64,000 bases of DNA from Patescibacteria group bacterium (GTDB lineage Bacteria; Patescibacteriota; Minisyncoccia; UBA6257; UBA9933), in contig JBBTYQ010000005.1 of NCBI GenBank assembly GCA_038078555.1, positions 6,266 to 70,265 of the forward strand, in the 5' to 3' direction. Below are positions 43,380 through 51,768 of the stretch, piece by piece (position 1 is the first letter of the stretch; every line of letters starts with the position of its first letter). Position numbers and translations under genes: made by a program. The notes under the pieces are model-generated. The model had not been told where the DNA came from. It did not search any database and saw nothing but the letters and a program-made list of their open reading frames with translations.

Positions 43380-45449
43380 ATGAAAACAATGGCTAAAGAG
43401 GAAATAAAAAAACGCATAGAAAAACTAAAGGCGGAAATAGGCAAATATCGTTATTCTTATCATGTTTTGGACAAATCTTTAATTTCTGACGCGGCTTTGG
43501 ATTCTTTAAAAAAAGAGCTTTTTGACTTAGAACAAAAATATCCTGAGTTTATCACTTCTGACTCGCCGACTCAAAGAATTGGCGGAGTACCGCTTGATAA
43601 ATTTAAAAAATCAGTTCATGAGGCTCCCATGCTTTCTTTTAATGACGCTTTTTCCGAAGGCGATATGAATGACTGGATGAAGCGAATTCAAAATTATTTA
43701 AAACACGCAATCATGCCGGAATTTTATTGTGAGCTTAAAATTGACGGCTTGGCAATAGAGCTTATTTATGAAAATGGAATTTTTGTAGAAGGTTCAACTA
43801 GGGGAGACGGAATTATCGGCGAGAACATTACTCAAAATTTAAAAACAATTGAAGCAATACCATTGCAAATTTTAGAACCGAAGGAAGTAAAAAACAATCT
43901 AAAAAAACTCGGCTTAAAAACTGAAACCTATAACCTAAAACCGAGAAAATTAGTTGTTAGAGGAGAGGTTTTTATAAACAAAAGAGAATTTGAGCTGGTT
44001 AATCGAGAGCAGCTTGAAAAGAAAGGGAAAATTTTTGCCAATCCGCGGAATATGGCCGCTGGTTCGGTGCGCCAGCTTAATCCGAAAATTACCGCAGCTC
44101 GTCGGCTTGATTCTTTTCAATACGATATTATCACTGATATTGGGCAAAAATATCATAATGATGCGCATTTATTGCTTCAGGCATTCGGTTTTAAGACTAA
44201 TCACAATAATAAATTAGTTAATTCGCTTGACGATGTCTTTAAGTTTAGAGATTATTGGGAACATCATCGCGAAAAAATATCTTATGAAATTGACGGTATT
44301 GTCGCCATTGTTAATGATAATAAAATTTTTGAATCAGCCGGAGTGATTGGCAAAGCGCCGAGAGCCGCTATTGCCTATAAATTTTCTTCAAAGGAAACAA
44401 CCACGATAGTTGAAGATATAAAAGTACAAATTGGCAGAACCGGCACGCTCACGCCCGTGGCAACTCTTAAACCTGTTGAGCTTGCTGGAATAAAAATTAT
44501 CCACGCTACTTTGCATAATTTCGACCAAATAAAAAAATTAGGATTAAAAATAGGCGATACGGTAATTATTTCCAGAGCCGGCGATGTGATTCCTCAAATA
44601 AGTTCGGTTTTGCCTAAATTACGCACCGGTAAGGAATATGAATTTAAAATGCCTAAAAATTGTCCGATTGACGGTTCAAAAGTTGTGCAAGAAGGCGCTT
44701 TTTTCAGATGTTCTAACCCTGATTGCGCCGCCAGAAATAGAAGAATTTTAATGCATTTTGTTTCTAAGAGAGGTTTTGATATTGTTGGCTTGGGCCCAAG
44801 AATTATTGACCGATTTTTAGATGAAGGCCTTATTTCTGATGCCGCTGATATTTTTGAGCTTGAAGAAGGGGATATAATTATTTTAGAAAGATTTGGAGAA
44901 AAATCCGCTCAAAATATAATAAGCGAGATAAAAGAGAAAAAAGTAATTCCTTTAGGCCGTTTTATTTATAGTTTAGGCATTCTTCATATTGGAGAAGAAA
45001 CTGCTTTGCTTTTAGCGAGTGAATTTCCTGTATCAAGCATTAAGGAATTTATTAAAAAATATCAATCGCTTTCAGTGGATGATTTTAAAAAAATAAAAGA
45101 TATCGGCCCAAGAGTCGCGGAGAGTCTTTATAATTGGTTTCATGCCCGGAGGAGCATCAAACTATTGGAAAAGTTTGATAAAAATGGTGTTAAAATATTA
45201 ATTGGAAAAAAAATAAAAAGCGGTAGATTAAATGGACAGACTTTTGTTTTAACCGGTTCGCTTGAGTTAATGAGCCGCGATAAAGCCAAGGAGAAAATCC
45301 GCGAACTAGGCGGAAATGTTTCAGAATCAATTTCCAAAAGCACCGATTATCTTGTAGCCGGCTTAGAGCCTGGTTCAAAATACGAAAAAGCTAAAAATTT
45401 AGGAGTAAAAATTATTAACGAGCAGGAATTTTTAAATATGATTAAATAG
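43380..45449 (+). CDS. ligA: NAD-dependent DNA ligase
   Basis: Adenylation motif CELKIDGLAIEL, OB fold, Zn finger CPIDGSKV...CSNPDC, HhH repeats, C-terminal BRCT (GQTFVLTGSL). Confidence 0.95.
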   Translation: MKTMAKEEIKKRIEKLKAEIGKYRYSYHVLDKSLISDAALDSLKKELFDLEQKYPEFITSDSPTQRIGGVPLDKFKKSVHEAPMLSFNDAFSEGDMNDWMKRIQNYLKHAIMPEFYCELKIDGLAIELIYENGIFVEGSTRGDGIIGENITQNLKTIEAIPLQILEPKEVKNNLKKLGLKTETYNLKPRKLVVRGEVFINKREFELVNREQLEKKGKIFANPRNMAAGSVRQLNPKITAARRLDSFQYDIITDIGQKYHNDAHLLLQAFGFKTNHNNKLVNSLDDVFKFRDYWEHHREKISYEIDGIVAIVNDNKIFESAGVIGKAPRAAIAYKFSSKETTTIVEDIKVQIGRTGTLTPVATLKPVELAGIKIIHATLHNFDQIKKLGLKIGDTVIISRAGDVIPQISSVLPKLRTGKEYEFKMPKNCPIDGSKVVQEGAFFRCSNPDCAARNRRILMHFVSKRGFDIVGLGPRIIDRFLDEGLISDAADIFELEEGDIIILERFGEKSAQNIISEIKEKKVIPLGRFIYSLGILHIGEETALLLASEFPVSSIKEFIKKYQSLSVDDFKKIKDIGPRVAESLYNWFHARRSIKLLEKFDKNGVKILIGKKIKSGRLNGQTFVLTGSLELMSRDKAKEKIRELGGNVSESISKSTDYLVAGLEPGSKYEKAKNLGVKIINEQEFLNMIK

Positions 45450-45471
45450 AAGCGGGGAAAACCGCTTTTTT
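45450..45471 (+). terminator. rho-independent terminator after ligA
   Basis: AAGCGG-ggaaaa-CCGCTT followed by TTTT. Confidence 0.7.
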
Positions 45472-45480
45472 ATTTAATGA

Positions 45481-45522
45481 TATCTAAAAACCGCCAGGAT
45501 AAATCCGGGCGGTTTTTAGATA
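45481..45522. terminator. bidirectional hairpin terminator between convergent genes
   Basis: 15-bp perfect stem TATCTAAAAACCGCC / GGCGGTTTTTAGATA with A/T runs on both sides. Confidence 0.75.
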
Positions 45523-45541
45523 TATTGTATCAGCTACAAAT

Positions 45542-46927
45542 TTATTGAGTTGTAGTGAAAGATTGAGCTGTAGACGTTGCAGTATTATTTGAAGCGTCTT
45601 TTGATTCAGCTACAAATTCGTAGGTGGAGCTGGCGGTAAGGCTGGAAAGATTCAAAGCGTGGCTTGTTAAAAGCGAGTTATCAGAAACACTTGAAGCAGT
45701 AGTTAAATTAATCGGCGCTAATGAAAAATAAACTTTACTTGTCGCCGGCTCATTGGTTGTCCAAGATACCGTAGCGGTACTTGAAGCGATATTTGATGCA
45801 GAAATACCGGAAATTGTCGGAGCAATTGTGTCAGCTACCGGTAAAGAAAGCGTGGTGAATTGATGGGTTTGAGCAGAAGAAGAAGCGGTGTTGCCTGACT
45901 GATCGCTTGATTGGACAACATAGTAATACGTGGTGCTGGCGCTAAGGCTTGTAAGATTGATGTTGTGGTCAGTGACAAAGCTGTTATCGGAAATATTTGC
46001 CGCAGTGTTTATATCAACAGGAAAACTTGTTCCGAAATAAACTTTGCTGGTTGCCAATTCATTTGTGTTCCAGTGTATTTTCGAACTGGTTGCGGTGATA
46101 TTTAACGCGGAAACGTTTGAAATAACCGGAGCGACAATATCAGGCGTTGATGTGGCGCTGGGCGACAATTTTTTGATAATGCCATAAGGCAAGATTTGGC
46201 AAATTGGAATAATCACATTATTATCATCATCATCGTAATGTTTCTTTAACCATCCAGGCGCAATTAAATGTCCCGGAGGAACAATGGCGCAAATTCTTCT
46301 TGACTCGAATTTTCTATCATCGTCATCATCTTCATCTTCGTCATCATCATCGCGCTTAGCTCTATCATCATCGTCTTCGTCGTCATCATCGCGCTTATTT
46401 TTATCATTTATTGCAATAACATTCGAGTTTGAAGTTGCATTTGCAACCGTGCTGGTTGATTCTGATTCATAAGCTAATGGATATTTTTCCAGTAATTCAT
46501 TAAGCTTGATTCTTGTTTTTGGGCCAACAAAGCCAACTGATTCTAAGCCGTGTTTTTCTTGAAATTTTTTAATAGCTTTTGTGGTAAGGGGTCCGTAAAA
46601 TCCAGTGATCAATCCTTCCGGATAAATACTTTGATCAGCGGCCAAAAGCGCTTGCAGTGTCCTTACATTCTCGCCGGCATCGCCCTGTTTTAAAGCAGAA
46701 ACGATTTGAGAAACAGTTTGCGTTATTTGCTGTTGTTGGGTTTTAACTTGGGCAAGTTGCTGTTGGAGTGTTTGCATTTGAGCTGTAAGCTGATTTATCA
46801 AAGCTTGTAGCTGTTCGACGGTTGTTGTTGTCTGAGCATTCGCGCTATTTGTTGTCAGCCCCGATACAATCAAGCCAAGCAATAAAGAAGCCACCAAAAA
46901 ACCTTTAACTTTATTATTTTTAAACAT
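45542..46927 (-). CDS. secreted protein: Gln-rich coiled coil, peptidoglycan-binding (PG_binding_1-like) domain, poly-Asp/Glu tract, two FN3-like domains
   Basis: Signal peptide (FLVASLLLGLIVSGLTTNSANA). GENVRTLQALLAADQSIYPEGLITGFYGPLTTKAIKKFQEKHGL. KRDDDDEDDDDRAKRDDDDEDEDDDDDR. Two copies of W(N/T)TNE(L/P)ATSKVYF...STTYYY-type FN3. Confidence 0.75.
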   Translation of the reverse strand: MFKNNKVKGFLVASLLLGLIVSGLTTNSANAQTTTTVEQLQALINQLTAQMQTLQQQLAQVKTQQQQITQTVSQIVSALKQGDAGENVRTLQALLAADQSIYPEGLITGFYGPLTTKAIKKFQEKHGLESVGFVGPKTRIKLNELLEKYPLAYESESTSTVANATSNSNVIAINDKNKRDDDDEDDDDRAKRDDDDEDEDDDDDRKFESRRICAIVPPGHLIAPGWLKKHYDDDDNNVIIPICQILPYGIIKKLSPSATSTPDIVAPVISNVSALNITATSSKIHWNTNELATSKVYFGTSFPVDINTAANISDNSFVTDHNINLTSLSASTTYYYVVQSSDQSGNTASSSAQTHQFTTLSLPVADTIAPTISGISASNIASSTATVSWTTNEPATSKVYFSLAPINLTTASSVSDNSLLTSHALNLSSLTASSTYEFVAESKDASNNTATSTAQSFTTTQ

Positions 46928-47139
46928 TTTTCTTAATTATCTTAATAATTATGCGACCTTTTTATATGCAATCATTATATCAAATATAATAATTAACTGA
47001 AGTATCAGTCATTTAAAAAGACGAAAATTACAGTAAAGCATTACAGCGTTTGGCAGTGTCTAATTGACGCAAAAATCGGCTAAAAGCGCAAAAAAAGTTA
47101 AAAATTTAAGTATAAAAACTATAAGCGAAAAAAATTCTA

Positions 47140-47176
47140 AAAATAAAAAAAGCCGGCAATTATAACAATTGCCGGC
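47140..47176 (-). terminator. rho-independent terminator after glgC (minus strand)
   Basis: GCCGGCAATT-ataac-AATTGCCGGC, followed on the minus strand by a T-run. Confidence 0.85.
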
Positions 47177-47193
47177 GCTAAAGAACATACAAT

Positions 47194-48429
47194 TTACTTC
47201 GGAAATTTAAATCCCCGGGGTATTATTCTGATATTGCTTTCGCTGTCCATCATGATGCCCAACTTGCGGTCAGCCTCCTTAGAAAATCCAATTTTAATAT
47301 CAGGAGGGATAATAACGTCTTCGCATACAATTACGCGATTAAGTTTTGCTCCGTTGCCGATAACCACGCGGTCAAAGAGAATACACTCTTTAATTTCTGA
47401 ATCAAGGCTTGCTATAACTCTTCTTCCTAAAACAGAGCCGATAACTGTAGCTCCGTCAAGAATATCTCCTCCGCTTAAAAGGGAATATTCCGCAATGGCT
47501 CGCCGCGCTATTTTCGCGGGCGGTTCTTTATCGGGCGGTGTCATAATTGGCCACTTATGCGAATAAAGATTTAGTTTCGGATTTTCTCCGGCCAAATCCA
47601 TATTTGCCTGCCAATAGGAGCCAATCGTTCCCACATCGACCCAATAAGGCGCTTTTTGATCCGGTACCTTATTCTCACCAAAGTTGTAGACATAAACATT
47701 GAGTCCATTGAGAATCATCGCAGGAATAACGTCGTTTCCAAAGTCATGGGAAGAGGCGTTATTAAGCGCATCTTCTTTAAGAACTTCGTAAAGGATTTTT
47801 ATACTGGCAAGGTAGTTTCCCATGCTTGCGTAGCAAAATCCTGGTTTTCCCGGAATTTCGGCGGGTTGTAATGGCTTTTCCTGAAATTCAACGACTCGGC
47901 TATTTTCGTCTACAACAATTACGCCAAATCTTCCGGCCGCTTCTTTTATGGAAACTTCTTTTGCGCAGATTGTAAAATCCGCTTTCTTTTGGTCATGAAA
48001 TTCGCGCATTTGGCTTACATCGAATTTAAAGATGTGGTCGCCCGCAGAAATTGCCATAAGCTCAAAAGAAGGATTCTGAAGCGCGATGTCAAAGTTTTGG
48101 AAAACCGCGTTAGCGGTTCCGGTATACCAGTCATCGCCCATTTGTTGCTGGGCAGGAATAACTTCTACGTAGTCGTCAAAGTTTGGCAGACGAGGCCAGC
48201 TTCTTTGTATATGCCGGCTCAGCGACTGGCTGTTGAATTGCGTAAGTACTTTGATTGTTTCAATTCCGGAGTAGTAGAGACTGTATAATGCCGGGTCAAT
48301 AATAAACCATTTCCCGCCAAACGGCACAGCGGGTTTCGCCCGGTCAGCAGTAAGCGGCATAAGACGTTGTCCGCGCCCCCCTGCAAGTAGATATGCGATA
48401 ACATCATCCATCATTTTCACTCTTTTCAT
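47194..48429 (-). CDS. glgC: glucose-1-phosphate adenylyltransferase
   Basis: LAGGRGQRLMPLTADRAKPAVPFGG N-terminus, a C-terminal left-handed beta-helix region. 411 aa. Confidence 0.9.
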   Translation of the reverse strand: MKRVKMMDDVIAYLLAGGRGQRLMPLTADRAKPAVPFGGKWFIIDPALYSLYYSGIETIKVLTQFNSQSLSRHIQRSWPRLPNFDDYVEVIPAQQQMGDDWYTGTANAVFQNFDIALQNPSFELMAISAGDHIFKFDVSQMREFHDQKKADFTICAKEVSIKEAAGRFGVIVVDENSRVVEFQEKPLQPAEIPGKPGFCYASMGNYLASIKILYEVLKEDALNNASSHDFGNDVIPAMILNGLNVYVYNFGENKVPDQKAPYWVDVGTIGSYWQANMDLAGENPKLNLYSHKWPIMTPPDKEPPAKIARRAIAEYSLLSGGDILDGATVIGSVLGRRVIASLDSEIKECILFDRVVIGNGAKLNRVIVCEDVIIPPDIKIGFSKEADRKLGIMMDSESNIRIIPRGFKFPK

Positions 48430-48626
48430 TTTTTTCTCCTTTTTTATGTTTGGTTGGACTGCTTTATTTAATTGTCAAAAAAACTAACAATATTTACTGT
48501 TTTTTATATCATAAATCATTATATCTGTCAATAATTAAATTAGTAATTATGGTTTGACAAATTGATAATTTAAGTGTATTGTAAAATCAGAATTGAATTT
48601 CAAAATAAAATAAGGGAGATAATTTA

Positions 48627-49190
48627 ATGTCTAGTATCCAGGAGAGAATACAAGTGAATGCAGCAATTGAAAAACTCATCGCGCGTGATGATAAAAATGG
48701 TGAAGCAGCACAAATTTTGATTGCATTTAGTTGTAAGCTGCCGATAACAGGAAAAATAATTAGGATTGAATATTTACGCACAACCAAAAACGATATTGAT
48801 GTAACTGGATACACTCAAGAGGCAGGTAATATTTCGGTAAAAGATAATCACAAAAAAACACGGGAATGGTCTTACGGAGCGGAAAAGGAAAGAATAGGCA
48901 AGTATAAATTATGGAAACCAAAAGAAGGCATATTGTGGTTCCATAATTTTTGGAAATCAGATATCGCTACACAGGAAAGCGATGGGAGAATGCCTGATCA
49001 TTATTGCCTCGTCTATGACGAAGGGACAAGAAAGCTTAAATATTTTGCGATAGAAAGAAAAAAAACCGTTCTTTCTTTCTGGTTTTTCGGTTATCGTATT
49101 AAGCTGGTGAAGTATTACCTTGAACGAATATATGGCGAAACCACCTGTGATGGCTATGGATCAATTAGTATCTGCATTTTAAATTACTAG
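48627..49190 (+). CDS. hypothetical protein (187 aa)
   Basis: SD-like AAGGGAG 8 nt upstream. No recognisable motifs. Confidence 0.5.
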   Translation: MSSIQERIQVNAAIEKLIARDDKNGEAAQILIAFSCKLPITGKIIRIEYLRTTKNDIDVTGYTQEAGNISVKDNHKKTREWSYGAEKERIGKYKLWKPKEGILWFHNFWKSDIATQESDGRMPDHYCLVYDEGTRKLKYFAIERKKTVLSFWFFGYRIKLVKYYLERIYGETTCDGYGSISICILNY

Positions 49191-49364
49191 CATATGAAGT
49201 ATGCAAAAGCGTTTTCATGACGAAAGCGCTTTTTTTATTTTCATTAAAAGTTATTGTAATTTTTTTTAATCCGAGGTTTTGTTTCTATGCCATTATTATA
49301 TATCGTTTTTATCCAATTCCAAACATTCATATCAAGAGTCATCTTTGACGGATCCGCTTCTTCT

Positions 49365-50039
49365 TCAAAATAAATTTAAATCCGTCTGTTTATATAGTAT
49401 TGGACGAGAAATATCGTCTTTCAAAATTTTTATGCACTTTTTAAGATCATCACTATTTAATATTTCATTAGCCTTCACTTCACCTTCAGACAAAATAAGC
49501 TCTGGATAAATCCATTTTCTATTTTTATCATCCCAATCAACAAACAAACTAATATATCTCAATTCAATATTTAGGCTTCTACCCCCTAGATTCGACGTAT
49601 CTTCTTTAATTCCTGTTTGATAAGGTCCAATAACTATATTTCCAATATTTTCATTTTCTAATCCTCTCGTCGTATTTGATACATTACTTGATATATGAAC
49701 ATCACACCTTATTTTAGATGGCAATCCATTAAGTTTTTCTTTTGCTTTATTAAATTTTTTTTCATGACCACAAAAACCACGAAACAACCAATTAGGCAAA
49801 CAATATTCATTACAATTATTACTTCTATTTAGCTTCTCATATAAATAAAGAAATTTACCATATTCCTCCATTGCGTATGTCCATAATGAATAAATAATGC
49901 CAAGATTAATTATTTCATTATTATCTATCAACAATTCAGCGACATTAAGAATATTCCTTACGTTTTTTTTACAATATTTTATTCCATCAAGTAATTCTTC
50001 TTTATTAATTTTTTTTGATTCTTTCACTGAATTATTCAT
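49365..50039 (-). CDS. HEPN-domain protein, AbiV-like (candidate abortive-infection / RNase toxin)
   Basis: Rx4H motif (FRGFCGHEKK, R87/H92). N-terminal helix pair with AMEEYGK resembling the AbiV family. Very AT-rich gene. Confidence 0.45.
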   Translation of the reverse strand: MNNSVKESKKINKEELLDGIKYCKKNVRNILNVAELLIDNNEIINLGIIYSLWTYAMEEYGKFLYLYEKLNRSNNCNEYCLPNWLFRGFCGHEKKFNKAKEKLNGLPSKIRCDVHISSNVSNTTRGLENENIGNIVIGPYQTGIKEDTSNLGGRSLNIELRYISLFVDWDDKNRKWIYPELILSEGEVKANEILNSDDLKKCIKILKDDISRPILYKQTDLNLF

Positions 50040-50086
50040 AAAAACTTTAAAAAAATATTTTATTTTTTTTTAATATTTATTAATTT

Positions 50087-50476
50087 TCATAAAACTATTT
50101 TCTTTTTCCTCCAACCAACAAAAATAGGAAGGACAAAAGTCAAAACATAATATAAATACACATCAAACTTATAATAGCCATCTGCCGGCTTAAAAGTTTT
50201 GACTAAGAAAAAATAATCAAAAACAACAGTAATTAAAACCCAAACAAAAGCCAATAAAACATAATATTTAAAAGAATCAGCTTTTATTTTTTTCAACAAT
50301 ATCCAAAGCGTGATAATTATCCCAATAGGCGTGATAATCCAGCCAATCATATAAATCGGCACAATTGAAAAAAGAATCATGCCGAGAGCGTAGCCAATAA
50401 GCCAAAGAATAAATCCCCACCCAAAAGCGTCTTTATAAAATTGCTTATTCAGAAAAAATTGAAAAATATTATTCAT
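50087..50476 (-). CDS. integral membrane protein (4 TM, 129 aa)
   Basis: Four hydrophobic helices. Sits directly upstream of, and on the same strand as, the HEPN candidate. Confidence 0.5.
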   Translation of the reverse strand: MNNIFQFFLNKQFYKDAFGWGFILWLIGYALGMILFSIVPIYMIGWIITPIGIIITLWILLKKIKADSFKYYVLLAFVWVLITVVFDYFFLVKTFKPADGYYKFDVYLYYVLTFVLPIFVGWRKKKIVL

Positions 50477-50527
50477 CTTATTTATCTTATAACTAAATTA
50501 TCTCTTAATTATGGTTATTTTTCAAAC

Positions 50528-50565
50528 AAAAAAATAGGACAATTTTTACAATTGTCCTATTTTTT
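50528..50565 (-). terminator. hairpin terminator downstream of tRNA-Asn
   Basis: ATAGGACAATT-tttac-AATTGTCCTAT with A/T runs on both sides. Confidence 0.75.
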
Positions 50566-50570
50566 CTTTG

Positions 50571-50642
50571 CTCCGGCACCTGGATTCGAACCAGGAACCC
50601 ACTCCTTAACAGGGAGGCGCTCTACCGTTGAGCTATGCCGGA
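50571..50642 (-). tRNA. tRNA-Asn (anticodon GTT)
   Basis: Reverse complement folds as acceptor TCCGGCA/TGCCGGA, D arm GCTC-AACGGTA-GAGC, anticodon loop CTGTTAA, T arm CCTGG-TTCGAAT-CCAGG, discriminator G. Confidence 0.9.
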
Positions 50643-50671
50643 ATGTTTACTTTTTTATTAACCGAAATCTA

Positions 50672-50923
50672 TTATATTGGAATATGTGTTTTAATAAATT
50701 GTCTACCTCTATAACTTTTCAATTGCTTTTCTCTTTTTAATGCGGTGTTTCTGTCGATTGCTGGCTCCTCATAAATCAATATCCACTCTCCTTTATTTTT
50801 AGAAGTATAACTCTTGGAAAATGATTTTTTATCATGAAGCTTCAATCGCTCTTTTAAATTATTTGTCTGGCCAATATATATTTTGCCTGAATCCTTATTA
50901 TAAAGCGCATAAACTGAATACAT
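50672..50923 (-). CDS. stand-alone GIY-YIG nuclease-domain protein (83 aa)
   Basis: YSVYALY...KIYIGQTNNLKERLKLH...REKQLK. Confidence 0.85.
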   Translation of the reverse strand: MYSVYALYNKDSGKIYIGQTNNLKERLKLHDKKSFSKSYTSKNKGEWILIYEEPAIDRNTALKREKQLKSYRGRQFIKTHIPI

Positions 50924-50950
50924 AATCTAATAATACATAATTATATTATT

Positions 50951-50995
50951 ATTAAGGACGTCGCTCTACCTCCGCCGGCTGGCGGAGAGCTATGC
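50951..50995 (-). pseudogene. tRNA 5'-half relic (acceptor + D arm copy of tRNA-Asn with a 16-nt palindromic insertion in the D loop)
   Basis: GAGCTATGCCGGAAT (50983-50997) and CGCTCTACC (50958-50966) are identical to 50630-50644 and 50618-50626 of the intact gene. Between them, GTT is replaced by TCCGCCGGCTGGCGGA. There is no matching anticodon 3' strand, T arm or acceptor 3' strand. Confidence 0.6.
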
Positions 50996-51078
50996 CGGAA
51001 TATTAAATTTTCAATAAAAGCGATTTTCCAAAAATTATTCGCTTTTTCAAGTTGATATAGTATCATATAATTATATTG

Positions 51079-51768
51079 ATGCCAATACTCGAAGTAAAAA
51101 ATCTGAATGTGGAAATTGGAGGCGCAAAAATTCTTGAAAGCGTTGATTTTGAGGTTAATAAAGGCGATGTTTTGGCGATTATCGGACCAAATGGGGCAGG
51201 GAAGAGCGTCCTTTTAAAAGCCCTCTTAGGCCTTATTTCTTATAAGGGAGAAATAAAATGGAGTCCAAGCATAAAAATTGGTTACGTGCCCCAAAGAATG
51301 GATATTGAAACAGATATTCCTTTAACAGTTGAAGAATTTTTACAACTTCGCGGAAAAGCCGATAAAGAAAAATGTATTAATACTTTAAAAACAGTTCAAC
51401 TCGGAGAAGAGATATTGCATCAAGGCTTTGGAGAAATATCAGTCGGCCAAAGGCAGAGAGTGCTGATTGCCTGGGCAATGCTGGGCAGTCCCGATATCTT
51501 GCTGTTTGACGAGCCGACTGCTGATATTGATATTTCCGGCCAGGAATCAATTTATAAAATGCTTCATTTTCTTCAGGACAAAATGAACCTTGCAATAATT
51601 TTGGTTTCTCATGATTTAAATGTTGTTTATAAATATGCCGAAAAAGTGCTTTGTTTAAATAGAAGAAAACTTTGTTTGGGCACGCCTCAAGAAGTTTTAA
51701 ATACCGAACATTTAGAAGCGCTTTACGGCGGAGAAAAAGGATTTTATTACCACGAACATAATAAATGA
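51079..51768 (+). CDS. metal (Zn/Mn-type) ABC transporter ATP-binding protein
   Basis: Walker A GPNGAGKS, signature SVGQRQR, Walker B ILLFDEPT. Paired with an ABC-3 permease. Confidence 0.85.
   Translation: MPILEVKNLNVEIGGAKILESVDFEVNKGDVLAIIGPNGAGKSVLLKALLGLISYKGEIKWSPSIKIGYVPQRMDIETDIPLTVEEFLQLRGKADKEKCINTLKTVQLGEEILHQGFGEISVGQRQRVLIAWAMLGSPDILLFDEPTADIDISGQESIYKMLHFLQDKMNLAIILVSHDLNVVYKYAEKVLCLNRRKLCLGTPQEVLNTEHLEALYGGEKGFYYHEHNK

Noticed and set aside
46284-46472. 62-aa plus-strand ORF encoding poly-Ser
   Set aside because: It is the antisense reading of the Asp/Glu codon tract of the minus-strand secreted protein.
47234-48407. Plus-strand and alternative-frame ORFs inside glgC (47234-47566, 47656-47871, 47989-48288, 48219-48407)
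   Set aside because: glgC on the minus strand is unambiguous, and the overlapping ORFs have no signals or recognisable sequence.
48554-48587. Possible promoter TTGACA-17-TATTGT upstream of ORF 48627
   Set aside because: The -10 is poor, and the better TAAAAT lies 22 nt from the -35. In DNA this AT-rich such partial matches are expected by chance.
48430-50570. Considered calling the AT-rich islet a tRNA-Asn-integrated genomic island
   Set aside because: No integrase or recombinase gene is present, and I could not find a direct repeat of the tRNA 3' end (GGATTCGAACC...) at the distal boundary. I kept it only as a compositional or defence-gene observation.
50441-50740. 99-aa plus-strand ORF spanning the tRNA-Asn gene and terminator hairpin
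   Set aside because: It runs through a tRNA gene and the antisense of the GIY-YIG ORF, so it is spurious.
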